Virus record (IMG/VR): IMGVR_UViG_2667527664_000002
Span: 1-64,000 of that record
Reading direction: 5' to 3' (one strand)
DNA from: a virus
Taxonomy: Duplodnaviria > Caudoviricetes
DNA: 64,000 nt
Numbering within the stretch: the stretch's first letter is position 1; the number at the start of each line of letters is the position of its first letter. Below are positions 19,607 to 29,196 of this stretch, in pieces. Under the pieces are notes generated by a model. The model worked only from the letters and a program-made list of their open reading frames with translations, was not told the origin of the DNA and did not search any database. The translations under genes and the position numbers were made by a program.

Positions 19607-20761
19607 TTAATGCTCTGAACTTACTACACTTGTATCTATATATCCATTAACAATTGCAGCTTTATCTTTTATTGTTACATCTTCTCTTTCTATAGCTCTA
19701 AATAAAGTTAAATCTTCTTCAAATGCATTTAATTCTCCTATAGCTGCTGTATCAGACATTTTTATATTCATTAAAGCTCTATCCCAGAAAACTATACCTT
19801 CTTTTAAATCTCCTATTATAAAAGGTATTTTATTTCCTGTAGTAGATAAATCACTATTTGGACAAACTTCAACTGGTATAGTTAATGATCCAGCACATAA
19901 TTTAAGTGCCATAGGTTCTTTTGGATCTGGTTGTAAAATATATTTTCCATCTGAATCTTTTAGTGTATCTAAATATTGTAATCCATCATCATTTGTAATT
20001 ATTTTACTAGTTGGCTTAAAAGTAGCCCCTAAAGTAACATTTAAAGCCTTCTTAATATCATCTAATCCATTTAATTTTGTCTCATCTATTGTTTTTATTT
20101 GTTCTAATATTAATTTATTTTGAGTTACTCTTGATTCATCACCTATCCATTCTATTAAAGTATTAACTATATTTTGGTCTGAATCTGCAAGTAATTCATT
20201 CGTTACAGTAAAATATCCTGCATATTTTTCAATTTCATATTTTAATCTCTCAAATTGAGGTGTATTTTTTTCACCTATTTTACCTCCTTCACCTACTTTA
20301 ACAAATCCAGTTTGTTGAGATCTCTTTTTGAAAGTTCTTTGTCCTTTATCAGTAGTAACTTTTTCAACTGTTACTAAATCCTTTAAAGACTTTTTAGATT
20401 CTTTATATGTATTTATTTTAGTTAATATATCTTCTGGAACAGTATATCCACCCTCTGCTGGAGTTCCAACTGACATTTTATTATCTATTTTAAATCCATT
20501 TCTTGCAGCATTAGCAAATTCAACAATTGAATCTTTGTTTTCTGGAGTAACTTTTATCCCTTCTCCATCTTTAATTTTATTTTTTGCTTCTTCATTTTCT
20601 CCAGCTTCTAAATCATAAAGAAGGTCAAATTTATCACTTAAATTTTTCAATTCTTCTTTAGCCGCTTTCGCTTCCTCTAGTTTATTTTCATTAGCTAAAT
20701 TCTTTACTAATTCTTTTTGAGCTTTTATCTTATTCATTAATTCTAATAATTCTTTTGACAT
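19607..20761 (-). CDS. Major capsid protein (HK97 fold)
   Basis: N-terminal delta domain, GGYTVPED, VTNELLADS, LKDSDGKYILQP. Confidence 0.92.
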   Translation of the reverse strand: MSKELLELMNKIKAQKELVKNLANENKLEEAKAAKEELKNLSDKFDLLYDLEAGENEEAKNKIKDGEGIKVTPENKDSIVEFANAARNGFKIDNKMSVGTPAEGGYTVPEDILTKINTYKESKKSLKDLVTVEKVTTDKGQRTFKKRSQQTGFVKVGEGGKIGEKNTPQFERLKYEIEKYAGYFTVTNELLADSDQNIVNTLIEWIGDESRVTQNKLILEQIKTIDETKLNGLDDIKKALNVTLGATFKPTSKIITNDDGLQYLDTLKDSDGKYILQPDPKEPMALKLCAGSLTIPVEVCPNSDLSTTGNKIPFIIGDLKEGIVFWDRALMNIKMSDTAAIGELNAFEEDLTLFRAIEREDVTIKDKAAIVNGYIDTSVVSSEH

Positions 20762-20813
20762 TTTTATTCCTCACTTTTTTATATATTTTTGGATTTTGGC
20801 AATAAAAAAAGAT

Positions 20814-21659
20814 TTAGTATAAATCTAAATCATTTAATAAATCTTCCTTTTCTTTTTCAATTGTATTTTCTACTTTTTTATCATCTTCTTTTTGATTCTG
20901 TAGATGTAAAAGTACTTTATTTGCAATTTCTTCTATATCTAGGCTTTGATTTTCATCACTTTTTTTATTTTCTTTAAATAAGTTTTTAGGAGTATTTTTA
21001 TATTTATCTAAAAACTCTGATGAACAAGCTACTAATTCAAATTCATCCTCAACTTTTATATTAAATAGTTCCGCTGCACTTTCTCCAGTAAACCACTTTT
21101 CTTCATCCATTAAGGCCGACAATTCTTCTTTAGTAACTCCTTCTTTTGCATTTTCCATATAAATATTTAGTATGCTTTCTTTGCAACTATCCAATGTACT
21201 AGCAATTTTCCTTAGGTCTGATGCATTATATGAGTTCCATAGCATACATAAAGGATTATGAATCATAAAGCTAGCATATTTAGGTACTATAACTTCATCT
21301 CCTGCAAGTGCTATTACACTAGCTATACTTGCTGCTAATCCATCAACATGAACAGTCTTTTTACCTTTATGTCTCTTTAGCATACTATAAATTGCTATTC
21401 CACCAAATACAGATCCACCGCCAGAATTGATATATATATCTACATTTTGTGAATTCTCTAGTTCTTTTAGGAAGTCACTTACATCTTGAGGGCATTTATC
21501 TTCGTCTGCCCACCAGCTACTCCAACTGTCTGAAACTATATCTCCATAGAAATAAAGCTCTGCTTTTTCTTCTGTTTGATTTTTTATTTCTATCTTACCA
21601 ACATTTTTTAATTCTCCAGTTTTAGTATCTTTATTTTGTAAATTTAATATTTTATTCAC
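20814..21659 (-). CDS. ClpP-type head maturation protease
   Basis: INSGGGSV, DGLAASIASVI, FMIHNP. Confidence 0.92.
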   Translation of the reverse strand: MNKILNLQNKDTKTGELKNVGKIEIKNQTEEKAELYFYGDIVSDSWSSWWADEDKCPQDVSDFLKELENSQNVDIYINSGGGSVFGGIAIYSMLKRHKGKKTVHVDGLAASIASVIALAGDEVIVPKYASFMIHNPLCMLWNSYNASDLRKIASTLDSCKESILNIYMENAKEGVTKEELSALMDEEKWFTGESAAELFNIKVEDEFELVACSSEFLDKYKNTPKNLFKENKKSDENQSLDIEEIANKVLLHLQNQKEDDKKVENTIEKEKEDLLNDLDLY

Positions 21660-22914
21660 TGTTTTCGCCTCCTTTCGAATATTGCTTTCCTACATCTGTG
21701 ATAGGTATATAGTTACCATTACAAATTAATATGTCTCCACCTTCTATTGCTGGCATATCTAAAATATCTCTAGCATTATTTGGAGTGTATATAGCATTAT
21801 TTACAAAGGATGTTAAGCACTCTGCCTGTGTCTTTGCATCTGTTCGTAAAATAGCTTTTTCATTGAATTTATAATACTTATTTTCATTTTTCTCTTCATC
21901 ACTTAATAATTTGTAGCAAATTTCCTCTTCATATTGTTTCAATATAAATTGTTCTGTATCTACATAAAAGCTAAGTTGTTGCATCTCTCCACTTGAATAA
22001 CTAGATTTTTCATAGTTATTTATTTGGTTTGGCTTTATTCCAAATGCTCCTGCTATTTGAAGTGATGAAAATTTCTTTAATTCATAAAATTGGCTATCTG
22101 TTAGCTTTATATTTAAAGGTGTTATTTTCATACCTAATGGTATAGGAATTATTTTACCTGCATTGTCTGAACCATTAGCAAACCTTGAAATACCTTCTAT
22201 TAATTTATCTTCTTTTGACTTATCTAAATCACCTGTATATTCCAATGTAGCCTTTGCAGTAAGTCCTGTTTTGTAAAGGTTATTAATGAAGTTTTGACTT
22301 TCAACTCCACCCTCAAGTGTATATTTTAAAATTTTACTAACTGGCTCACCTAATATACCATCAAATGTAAATGAGGTTTTAAAGTGTAGCACTTCTTCAT
22401 TTTTAAATACAAATTGTTCTCCTGTGTATCTATCAGTATAGATATACCAAAGTGCATCCTTAATTCCAAAGATTCCTTTATTGTCCATAATAACTTGTAC
22501 ATCATTACTTGGCATAATCCATAAATCTTTTATTTCATATGTAGCTCCATATTTTTCACGCTTAAATTCTTTTCGTATATAAACATAAGCATTTCCAAAG
22601 TGATTTCTATTGTTCTCTACAGTTGCCCAAAATATGGAGGGTGTCATATAAGGGTTAGGTCTAACCTTTAATAAATTATATGCTTTATTTGGTGCTGCTC
22701 TTATTACACCTTTTTCTGTTTCTTGATACATTTTAATAGGCATTTTACCTAATGTCTCAGATAACATTTTTAAGCAAGTAAAATAAGTAACTTCACTTAA
22801 TATATTTTTATTTCTAGTTGTTATACCTAGCCACTCTAATAACTTTTCACTTCTCATATCAACAGTTTGTGGTTTAGGCATTATTAGATTTTTTAAACTT
22901 TTTATAAGGTTCAT
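21652..22914 (-). CDS. Portal protein (HK97 family)
   Basis: LLKVRPNPYMT, GNAYVYI, EEVLHFK, IAGAFGI. Confidence 0.92.
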   Translation of the reverse strand: MNLIKSLKNLIMPKPQTVDMRSEKLLEWLGITTRNKNILSEVTYFTCLKMLSETLGKMPIKMYQETEKGVIRAAPNKAYNLLKVRPNPYMTPSIFWATVENNRNHFGNAYVYIRKEFKREKYGATYEIKDLWIMPSNDVQVIMDNKGIFGIKDALWYIYTDRYTGEQFVFKNEEVLHFKTSFTFDGILGEPVSKILKYTLEGGVESQNFINNLYKTGLTAKATLEYTGDLDKSKEDKLIEGISRFANGSDNAGKIIPIPLGMKITPLNIKLTDSQFYELKKFSSLQIAGAFGIKPNQINNYEKSSYSSGEMQQLSFYVDTEQFILKQYEEEICYKLLSDEEKNENKYYKFNEKAILRTDAKTQAECLTSFVNNAIYTPNNARDILDMPAIEGGDILICNGNYIPITDVGKQYSKGGENSE

Positions 22915-22929
22915 TTTTACACCTCCCTT

Positions 22930-24651
22930 CTAATTCCATCCCATCATATCTAGATACTTATCAACTGATTCATTTACATTTACTAATCTTTCTTCTTTAA
23001 ATGCTAACTTATATGCATCTATAATAGAATCTATTGGGTCTATTCTTTTATTTCTTCTATCTTTATCTATCTTAATTTCTCCATTTGGATTAGATACAGT
23101 TTTTGCATTTAAGGCTGACCATGAAAGTAACTCATTTTCTTTGTTATACTCAATATTTTTCGCTCTAACCTCAAGTTCAAAGTCCTCAGTAGGATCATTA
23201 AGCCATTTGTGAGTTTGATAAATTTCTATACAATCAAATCCTAATTCTGATAAATCACTTAAAAAAGCATCTGCATTGTGGGGATCATAGCCTAACTGTT
23301 CAATTTTAAGGTCGTATTTTTCAATAAGATCATTTAAATATTTAATTATATATTTATAGTCAGTTTTAATACCTCCTAAAGTTTCTGTAACTGTCAATAA
23401 TTCATCTTTAATCCATAAATTATATGGTGCATCGTCACTTTTGATATGTTCCTCTACTTTCATTTTTGGTATAAAACTATGAGAATGAATATAATACTTC
23501 TTAACCCCATCAACATAATATACAAACACCAATGCTATTGAAGTTAAGTCTCCTCCGGAACTTAAGTCTAATCCTGCATAACATTTTTGACCCCTAAAAT
23601 CTTCTAGAGTTCTTTCACTTTCGCATTCCTTCCAAAACTTAGGCTTTATATATTGGTCATCTGTAAATTGAATCCATATATTTAACGCCTTTGTTAGAAA
23701 ATCTCTTAAATCATCTCCACCCATATCTCTTGCAGAATCTCCTACTCTTTTTAAATTTTCAAGATCTTCTGCATCTTTACATACTAGTGGATTAGCTTTT
23801 ATCCAATTTTTAGAGTTCCAAATATCATCTTCTTCATCCATTTCAGCTATATACACAAATTGAGCATCATTAGTAAATACATTTTCTAAAATGTTTTTAC
23901 AGTATTCATACAGCTTAAAACAAGGACAGTTTAATTCAAATCCAGCAGTAGTTATTACTGAAATTAAACACTGTTTCATTTTTCTTGTACCACCCTCAAG
24001 CAACTTATACATTTGATTGTTCTTATGGGCGTGATATTCATCGACTATACCCAGCAACGGTCTAAAACCATCTATTGATTTTGTATCTCTTCCTAATGCT
24101 CTTATTATAGAATTAGTATTTAAAGCTATTATTGTATTATCATGTTCCTTAACCTTAAAAAACTCTGATAGATCTTCATCAGAGTTAATAAACTTAATCA
24201 TTTCATTTAATACTATTTTAGCTTGATCTGATTTAGTAGCCGTACAATATAGTTGTCCATATTTATAACCACTAAAAGCCCCATAATATGTACCTAAAAT
24301 ACCATTTAAAAATGATTTTCCATTTTGTCTACCAAGCTGAACATACGATGTTCTAAATCTCCTATAGCTAGTATCTTTTGTAACCCATCCATTTAGGCAT
24401 CCTAATATGAATACTTGAAATCCTTCTAAATTTACAGGAATTTCTTCCTCTCCCTCTGCTATTATAAGTGTTTCTGCAAAATCTAAAATATCATTTGCCT
24501 TTTCTATATCAAACTCATACTTATATGAATCTAATTTAGACTTCTCTAAATCCTCTAAATGTCTTTTACATGCTAGGATTGCGGGTCTTCCAGCTATAAT
24601 TTTTCCTTCTACTACATCTACCGCATATTGAGTAACCCTATCTAAATTCAC
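22930..24651 (-). CDS. terL: Terminase large subunit
   Basis: GRQNGKS Walker A, IVDEYH Walker B, GLDLSSGGDLT, KRIDP. Confidence 0.95.
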   Translation of the reverse strand: MNLDRVTQYAVDVVEGKIIAGRPAILACKRHLEDLEKSKLDSYKYEFDIEKANDILDFAETLIIAEGEEEIPVNLEGFQVFILGCLNGWVTKDTSYRRFRTSYVQLGRQNGKSFLNGILGTYYGAFSGYKYGQLYCTATKSDQAKIVLNEMIKFINSDEDLSEFFKVKEHDNTIIALNTNSIIRALGRDTKSIDGFRPLLGIVDEYHAHKNNQMYKLLEGGTRKMKQCLISVITTAGFELNCPCFKLYEYCKNILENVFTNDAQFVYIAEMDEEDDIWNSKNWIKANPLVCKDAEDLENLKRVGDSARDMGGDDLRDFLTKALNIWIQFTDDQYIKPKFWKECESERTLEDFRGQKCYAGLDLSSGGDLTSIALVFVYYVDGVKKYYIHSHSFIPKMKVEEHIKSDDAPYNLWIKDELLTVTETLGGIKTDYKYIIKYLNDLIEKYDLKIEQLGYDPHNADAFLSDLSELGFDCIEIYQTHKWLNDPTEDFELEVRAKNIEYNKENELLSWSALNAKTVSNPNGEIKIDKDRRNKRIDPIDSIIDAYKLAFKEERLVNVNESVDKYLDMMGWN

Positions 24652-24664
24652 ATAAAATCACCCC

Positions 24665-25126
24665 CTATTTTGCAAACTTAGAAAACTTGTTTTTCTTTTC
24701 ATCTGTACTTGGTTTAGGTATAACCAATCTGCATCTGCTAGATATAGTTAACCCCATATCTGAAGCAAAGCTTCTGCATTGTTTAATATGTCTATCTTCA
24801 ATTATTGATAGTTTATTATATTCTTCAAAATCTTCCTGTGGATCTAATGAGTCTAATTTAAGAGCTACCTTTACATATCTACTATAAGCTTTTATATATG
24901 TAGCTAATGAGTTGCAATCTACATTACCCATTATGCCTATATCTTTTAGCTCTTTTGATATCTTTTTAAACTGTTTTTTCTCTTCTTTTGTTAAGTGATT
25001 AGGAGGTTTTATTTTATCTGAATTTGCTTTCACTTCTGTACTTTTTCTTTGCTCAATCTCAGCTTTTGTAAGGTGTTTCTTACCATTTGCTACTACTAAT
25101 TCAATTGGTTGTTTTTTGCCTGCCAC
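24665..25126 (-). CDS. terS: Terminase small subunit (P27 family)
   Basis: KPPNHL...MGLTISSR; upstream of TerL. Confidence 0.88.
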   Translation of the reverse strand: MAGKKQPIELVVANGKKHLTKAEIEQRKSTEVKANSDKIKPPNHLTKEEKKQFKKISKELKDIGIMGNVDCNSLATYIKAYSRYVKVALKLDSLDPQEDFEEYNKLSIIEDRHIKQCRSFASDMGLTISSRCRLVIPKPSTDEKKNKFSKFAK

Positions 25127-25154
25127 CTTATTTTCCCTCCTATCCTGTTCAAAT

Positions 25155-25240
25155 TTTTCAGTGGGGAGTTTCCGCGGAAAAAAACTGCAACCGTGGACTT
25201 AGGGCAAAAGCCAAAAACTTTTTGACTACCCCCCTACCCT
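25155..25240. other. Probable cos packaging region
   Basis: Locally GC-rich tract (ggggagtttccgcggaaa...accccccta) between HNH and terS, the usual cos position in HNH-TerS-TerL phages. Confidence 0.5.
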
Positions 25241-25654
25241 TTAGTAATTTTCTTTTATCAATTCTTTTAGTTCATTTTGCATCTTAACTTTAGATGCTTC
25301 TCCTTTATCGTACATTCTATGTACCTTGTTATGACACCTGTCTCATAAGCATATAAGGTTATTCATATTTAATCTCTTGCTCCAGCAATCTTTTAAAGTC
25401 TCTATATGATGTACTACATCACTTAAGTTATCATCACATAACTTACATATACCATCATCTCTTTGCCTTACAGAATCTCTAGTAAACTTCCATTCTTTAC
25501 TACAATAAAATTTCTGTTCTTTAAAATCTACTCTTCGCTTTCTATAATCCTTGTATACTTTCTGTTGTCTATTATTAAATTTAGCTTCACATTCAGAACA
25601 CATAGAAATTTCTTGGGGAATAATTTTCCCACATCTACAAAACTTCTTTAGCAT
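25241..25654 (-). pseudogene. Packaging HNH endonuclease interrupted by an in-frame TGA at a conserved Cys
   Basis: VHHIE...NNLICL[TGA 25343-25345]DRCHNKVH; frame continues to TAA at 25241. Confidence 0.8.
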
Positions 25655-25773
25655 ATCTAATTCCTCATTTATCAATTTTCAATTTAAACAATACTTTGTT
25701 TCATATCATCATCTAAATCATTTACTCCTACAAAATAAAAAAGAACCCTTTTAAAGAGTTCTTTTTTTGTTTA

Positions 25774-26454
25774 CTATTTTTTTATTGGTTCATTGAAAGA
25801 AGGTGGGTTAATATCCATCTTTGTATTATGATTGTTAGGTCCCGGACTAGATAAGTCAAAGTATAGTTTAGAATCTTCAGTAACTCCAAAGTCTCTATTT
25901 GAACCTGTATCTTTAATCTTATTTAATGCATCTCTAAATAAAGCATTATGAGCTTCTTCTCTGTTAAGTAAGAAGTCTATTGTTTCTCTTACGTATTTAT
26001 CTTCAATTTGTCTATATAAGTATTCATATACAACTTTTGCTCTTTGCTCTGATGCTATATTTGATAATAGATCTGCAACTAAGTCTCCTGTTACAGTAAC
26101 ATAATCAGCAGTCCAAGGTGCTCCTGAAGAGTTTATTAAAAATGGTGATAATCCACTTAATACATGAGTTTCTATTTCTCCAGAATCAACTGCTTGGTAG
26201 TCAACATCATGTCCATTTAATAAATTTATTGTTTGAGCAACCATTTCCATATGGCTAAGTTCTTCCGCTGCTATATCTAGAAATAAGTCTTTTATCTCTT
26301 TATCTTTTATTCTAAAACTTTGAGATAAATATTGCATTGCTGCTTTTAGCTCTCCATTTGCCCCTCCTAATTGTTCTTGCATTAAAACTGCATATTGAGG
26401 GTTTGGTCTTTCTACTTTTACTTCTCTAAACAATTTTTTATCGTGTTTAAACAT
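25774..26454 (-). CDS. Manganese catalase family protein
   Basis: QEQLGGANGEL, DIAAEELSHMEM, NIASEQRA, FLLNREEAH. Confidence 0.9.
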   Translation of the reverse strand: MFKHDKKLFREVKVERPNPQYAVLMQEQLGGANGELKAAMQYLSQSFRIKDKEIKDLFLDIAAEELSHMEMVAQTINLLNGHDVDYQAVDSGEIETHVLSGLSPFLINSSGAPWTADYVTVTGDLVADLLSNIASEQRAKVVYEYLYRQIEDKYVRETIDFLLNREEAHNALFRDALNKIKDTGSNRDFGVTEDSKLYFDLSSPGPNNHNTKMDINPPSFNEPIKK

Positions 26455-26485
26455 CAGCTATACCTCCAAAATTATAATTAGTAAT

Positions 26486-26515
26486 TATAATTTCCCTTAA
26501 GCTTTAGTAATATAC
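26486..26515 (-). promoter_or_regulatory. Sigma-F-like promoter of the Mn catalase gene
   Basis: GTATA-N15-GGAAATTATA. Confidence 0.45.
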
Positions 26516-26568
26516 AAATTTTTCTATAATTTATCATACTTTCAAGTTATTTATAAACCCTACCTTAT

Positions 26569-26710
26569 GAACATAACATATCTAATAGTGTGTTATATTC
26601 ATTTTATCAACTTATATACCCACTGTAGACTTAGTATTTACAATGATTTCAACCTTTATTTTTTCTAAGTAAAATAAACCAATATAACATTCTCTTTTTA
26701 TGTTATATTC
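26569..26710. repeat. Two related palindromic sites downstream of the tyrosine recombinase
   Basis: gaacataaca-N12-tgttatattc (26569-26600) and aatataaca-N11-tgttatattc (26681-26710). Confidence 0.5.
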
Positions 26711-26724
26711 TAGATAAAATTAAA

Positions 26725-27273
26725 TTAAAAATATCTAAAGCTCTTATAAGCTTTATTCATTCTGTCTTGGTCTATACCTATATAATGCAAGGTTACAGCT
26801 GGAGATGAATGATTAAATATCTTCTGAAGTAATGCTATATCTTTGGTTTGCTTATAGTAATGATATCCCCATGTTTTTCTCATACTATGAGTTCCTAAAC
26901 AAGGAACATCAAATAGTTCTCCCAACTCTTTTAAAATCACATATGCCCTTTCTCTAGAGATAGGCCTATTATAGTTTTTACGTGATTTAATTAAAAAATC
27001 ATCAGGATCCTTGTCCTCTACATAATCTTTAATTGCTCTTTTCAGTATTGGGTTTATCTCTATGAATTTTTGTTTCCCTGTTTTCTTTTCTCTTAAGACT
27101 ATTTGCCTTTTATCTTTTACATCATATATTCTAAACTTTAATATATCGGATACTCTAAGACCTGTATATATACCCATCATAAATAGAAGGTAGTCTCTTT
27201 CATTTGTCTTTTTTAAATATGAACACATATTTTCTAATGTATCTAAATTTCTAATAGGTTCTACATAGTTCAT
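26725..27273 (-). CDS. Small tyrosine recombinase (catalytic domain only)
   Basis: TGLRVSD, HSMRKTWGY, FNHSSPAVTLHY. Confidence 0.92.
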   Translation of the reverse strand: MNYVEPIRNLDTLENMCSYLKKTNERDYLLFMMGIYTGLRVSDILKFRIYDVKDKRQIVLREKKTGKQKFIEINPILKRAIKDYVEDKDPDDFLIKSRKNYNRPISRERAYVILKELGELFDVPCLGTHSMRKTWGYHYYKQTKDIALLQKIFNHSSPAVTLHYIGIDQDRMNKAYKSFRYF

Positions 27274-27447
27274 ATCTCACCACCCTAGATTTTATTTACC
27301 TAAAATACTATAAATAAAATAAAAAAGCCAGGTGAGAAAGTCCTGACTTTTTTGAACGTAATAAGTTGTTGCTAATAAATCTAATAAATGTAACTAGTTT
27401 ATACTCCATACCGCTACAGAGTGCTCTTAAGAGCCGTAAAGTTATAT

Positions 27448-27520
27448 TGGTGAGGGTTAAAAGGAATCGAACCTCTTATCTTCTAAATAAATAGCTATTT
27501 TGCCATTAAACTATATCCTC
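27448..27520 (-). pseudogene. Degenerate tRNA-like element
   Basis: TAGTTTAATGGCAAAA D-arm, AGAGG-TTCGATT-CCTTT T-arm, ACCA end; anticodon arm broken (6-nt loop, mismatches). Confidence 0.55.
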
Positions 27521-27656
27521 ACGTTGCTAGGGTAAGTTTATACCCTAGCTATTATATAAAGAGGGGGTTATTAGGAAATAAGCAATTGGGTTATTTTAAA
27601 TTTCCTATACTACTATATTACCACCTCTGAATGTATAAAAAATCTTTACTTTGTCG

Positions 27657-28160
27657 CTAAAATGTAGCCAAAGTGTTGGCTTTGCTATTATTTTCATTAA
27701 ATAATGGTAGTTCTTCATAATTTGGATACAACATACCCATAATTTTATAAACTAATCGCTCTCTTACTGTGTAGCAATGACTGCGATCCATGTGTAGCTT
27801 AAGGCTTATATATTTCATATTATTTTTATTTTTGCTATTATAAAATAATTCAAAGAAATTAGTTTCATTAACATCTAAGCAACTTAATGAGTTTTCTATT
27901 TTCGCTTTCTCTATTTCTTTTTCTAATTTACTTTGCATCAATTTATCTATTTTCTTCTCTTTATCTATAACCTCTTTTTCAACAATTCTAGAAATATTAT
28001 AAGTTTCACTTGTTCTTTCATCATAATTTATAGCTCCACAACCTCTATATCTCATTTTCTCTTTCTTTATATCTAATTCTATATTATTTATTTGAGCTTC
28101 TAGAAACTTATAATTATGCAATCTTAATTCTACTTTTTTAAATAATTCTTTTTTATCCAT
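27657..28160 (-). CDS. ArpU/RinA-like late transcriptional regulator
   Basis: Coiled coil then C-terminal sigma4-like HTH; position before the packaging module. Confidence 0.7.
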   Translation of the reverse strand: MDKKELFKKVELRLHNYKFLEAQINNIELDIKKEKMRYRGCGAINYDERTSETYNISRIVEKEVIDKEKKIDKLMQSKLEKEIEKAKIENSLSCLDVNETNFFELFYNSKNKNNMKYISLKLHMDRSHCYTVRERLVYKIMGMLYPNYEELPLFNENNSKANTLATF

Positions 28161-28184
28161 AGGCAGTCACTTCCCGTTTTTCTT

Positions 28185-28442
28185 TTAATCAATAATATCT
28201 TTCATTTCCTCTAGACATTTTTCACATATAAAAATATTTTTGATGTTTTTTAAATTCTCTTTTGATCCACATAAAATACACGAGTTATTATGTTTTTTAA
28301 GCTTAATAATTCCATTTTCACATAATATTTCAACCGGATCATTTTCATTTATATTTAACATTTTTCTAAATTCCTTTGGTATTACGATTCTTCCTAGTGA
28401 ATCGATATTTCTTACAATGCCTTTATTATTTTTGCCATTCAT
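28185..28442 (-). CDS. AbrB/SpoVT-family DNA-binding protein with C-terminal CxxC pair
   Basis: GIVRNIDSLGRIVIPKEFRK; CILCG...ICEKC. Confidence 0.88.
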   Translation of the reverse strand: MNGKNNKGIVRNIDSLGRIVIPKEFRKMLNINENDPVEILCENGIIKLKKHNNSCILCGSKENLKNIKNIFICEKCLEEMKDIID

Positions 28443-28823
28443 ACTATCACTCCTAACATATTTCTAACAATTTCTATCAATAAAACTACCTATATAAATA
28501 TATTTATCATATAAGGTAACCCTTGTATATCTATATGATTAATTATTATATACCCTTATTCTTAATTTTTACTTAATTAAAATAAATTTTATATAAACTT
28601 TCATAATAAATTTAAATTTTATATTTAAATTTACTGAGTTTTTGAATATTTTTTAATAAATAGACAAATAATAAAATTGACATTTGAAGATATCAATAGA
28701 TTTTACCCTTTAACAGTTTAAATGCAGTTTATTTAGACCATTTTCAAAATTTAACTCTCAATATCCAATTTCCAAAAGGACTAGTTAACTCTAGTCCTTT
28801 TTAACTCTAAATAAAAAATATTT

Positions 28824-28922
28824 TCAACTTATACCTATACTAGCAAATAGCTTAAAACAAATTAAAATTGTAATAGCTATAACTATAGCAATTAATATAA
28901 ATAGTTTGTCTCTATTTTTCAT
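28824..28922 (-). CDS. Unannotated 32-aa membrane peptide MKNRDKLFILIAIVIAITILICFKLFASIGIS
   Basis: Manual translation; GGTGGTGG RBS-like sequence; hairpin at 28775-28802 downstream. Confidence 0.45.
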   Translation of the reverse strand: MKNRDKLFILIAIVIAITILICFKLFASIGIS

Positions 28923-28965
28923 ATTTTCCACCACCTATAACTTATCTTTCTTTTAATCTATAAAT

Positions 28966-29196
28966 TTATTCATCCTTATTTCCACCTCTGATCCCCCAAG
29001 CACTCATTATTTTATCTGCACTTTCTGGAAACCTTAGCTTTCCATTGATCTCTTTACCACATATACATTGTGCCAGTGCCATATAATTTGGATATGTTTT
29101 ATAGTCACTTGCTTTAAAGAATGTTTCTTTTACACTGGGTATACTAAGTCCTATTTCAACATACTTTAACTCTGTTGATTTACTCATTTTTATCAC
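28966..29196 (-). CDS. Phage hypothetical protein
   Basis: Coupled to the upstream ORF in the early operon. Confidence 0.6.
   Translation of the reverse strand: MIKMSKSTELKYVEIGLSIPSVKETFFKASDYKTYPNYMALAQCICGKEINGKLRFPESADKIMSAWGIRGGNKDE

Noticed and set aside
25320-25345. Selenocysteine recoding of the HNH TGA
   Set aside because: Only a minimal GACA-GG-TGTC pairing follows the codon, not a convincing bacterial SECIS; a nonsense mutation is simpler
27448-27520. Functional or suppressor tRNA
   Set aside because: 6-nt anticodon loop and mismatched anticodon and acceptor stems
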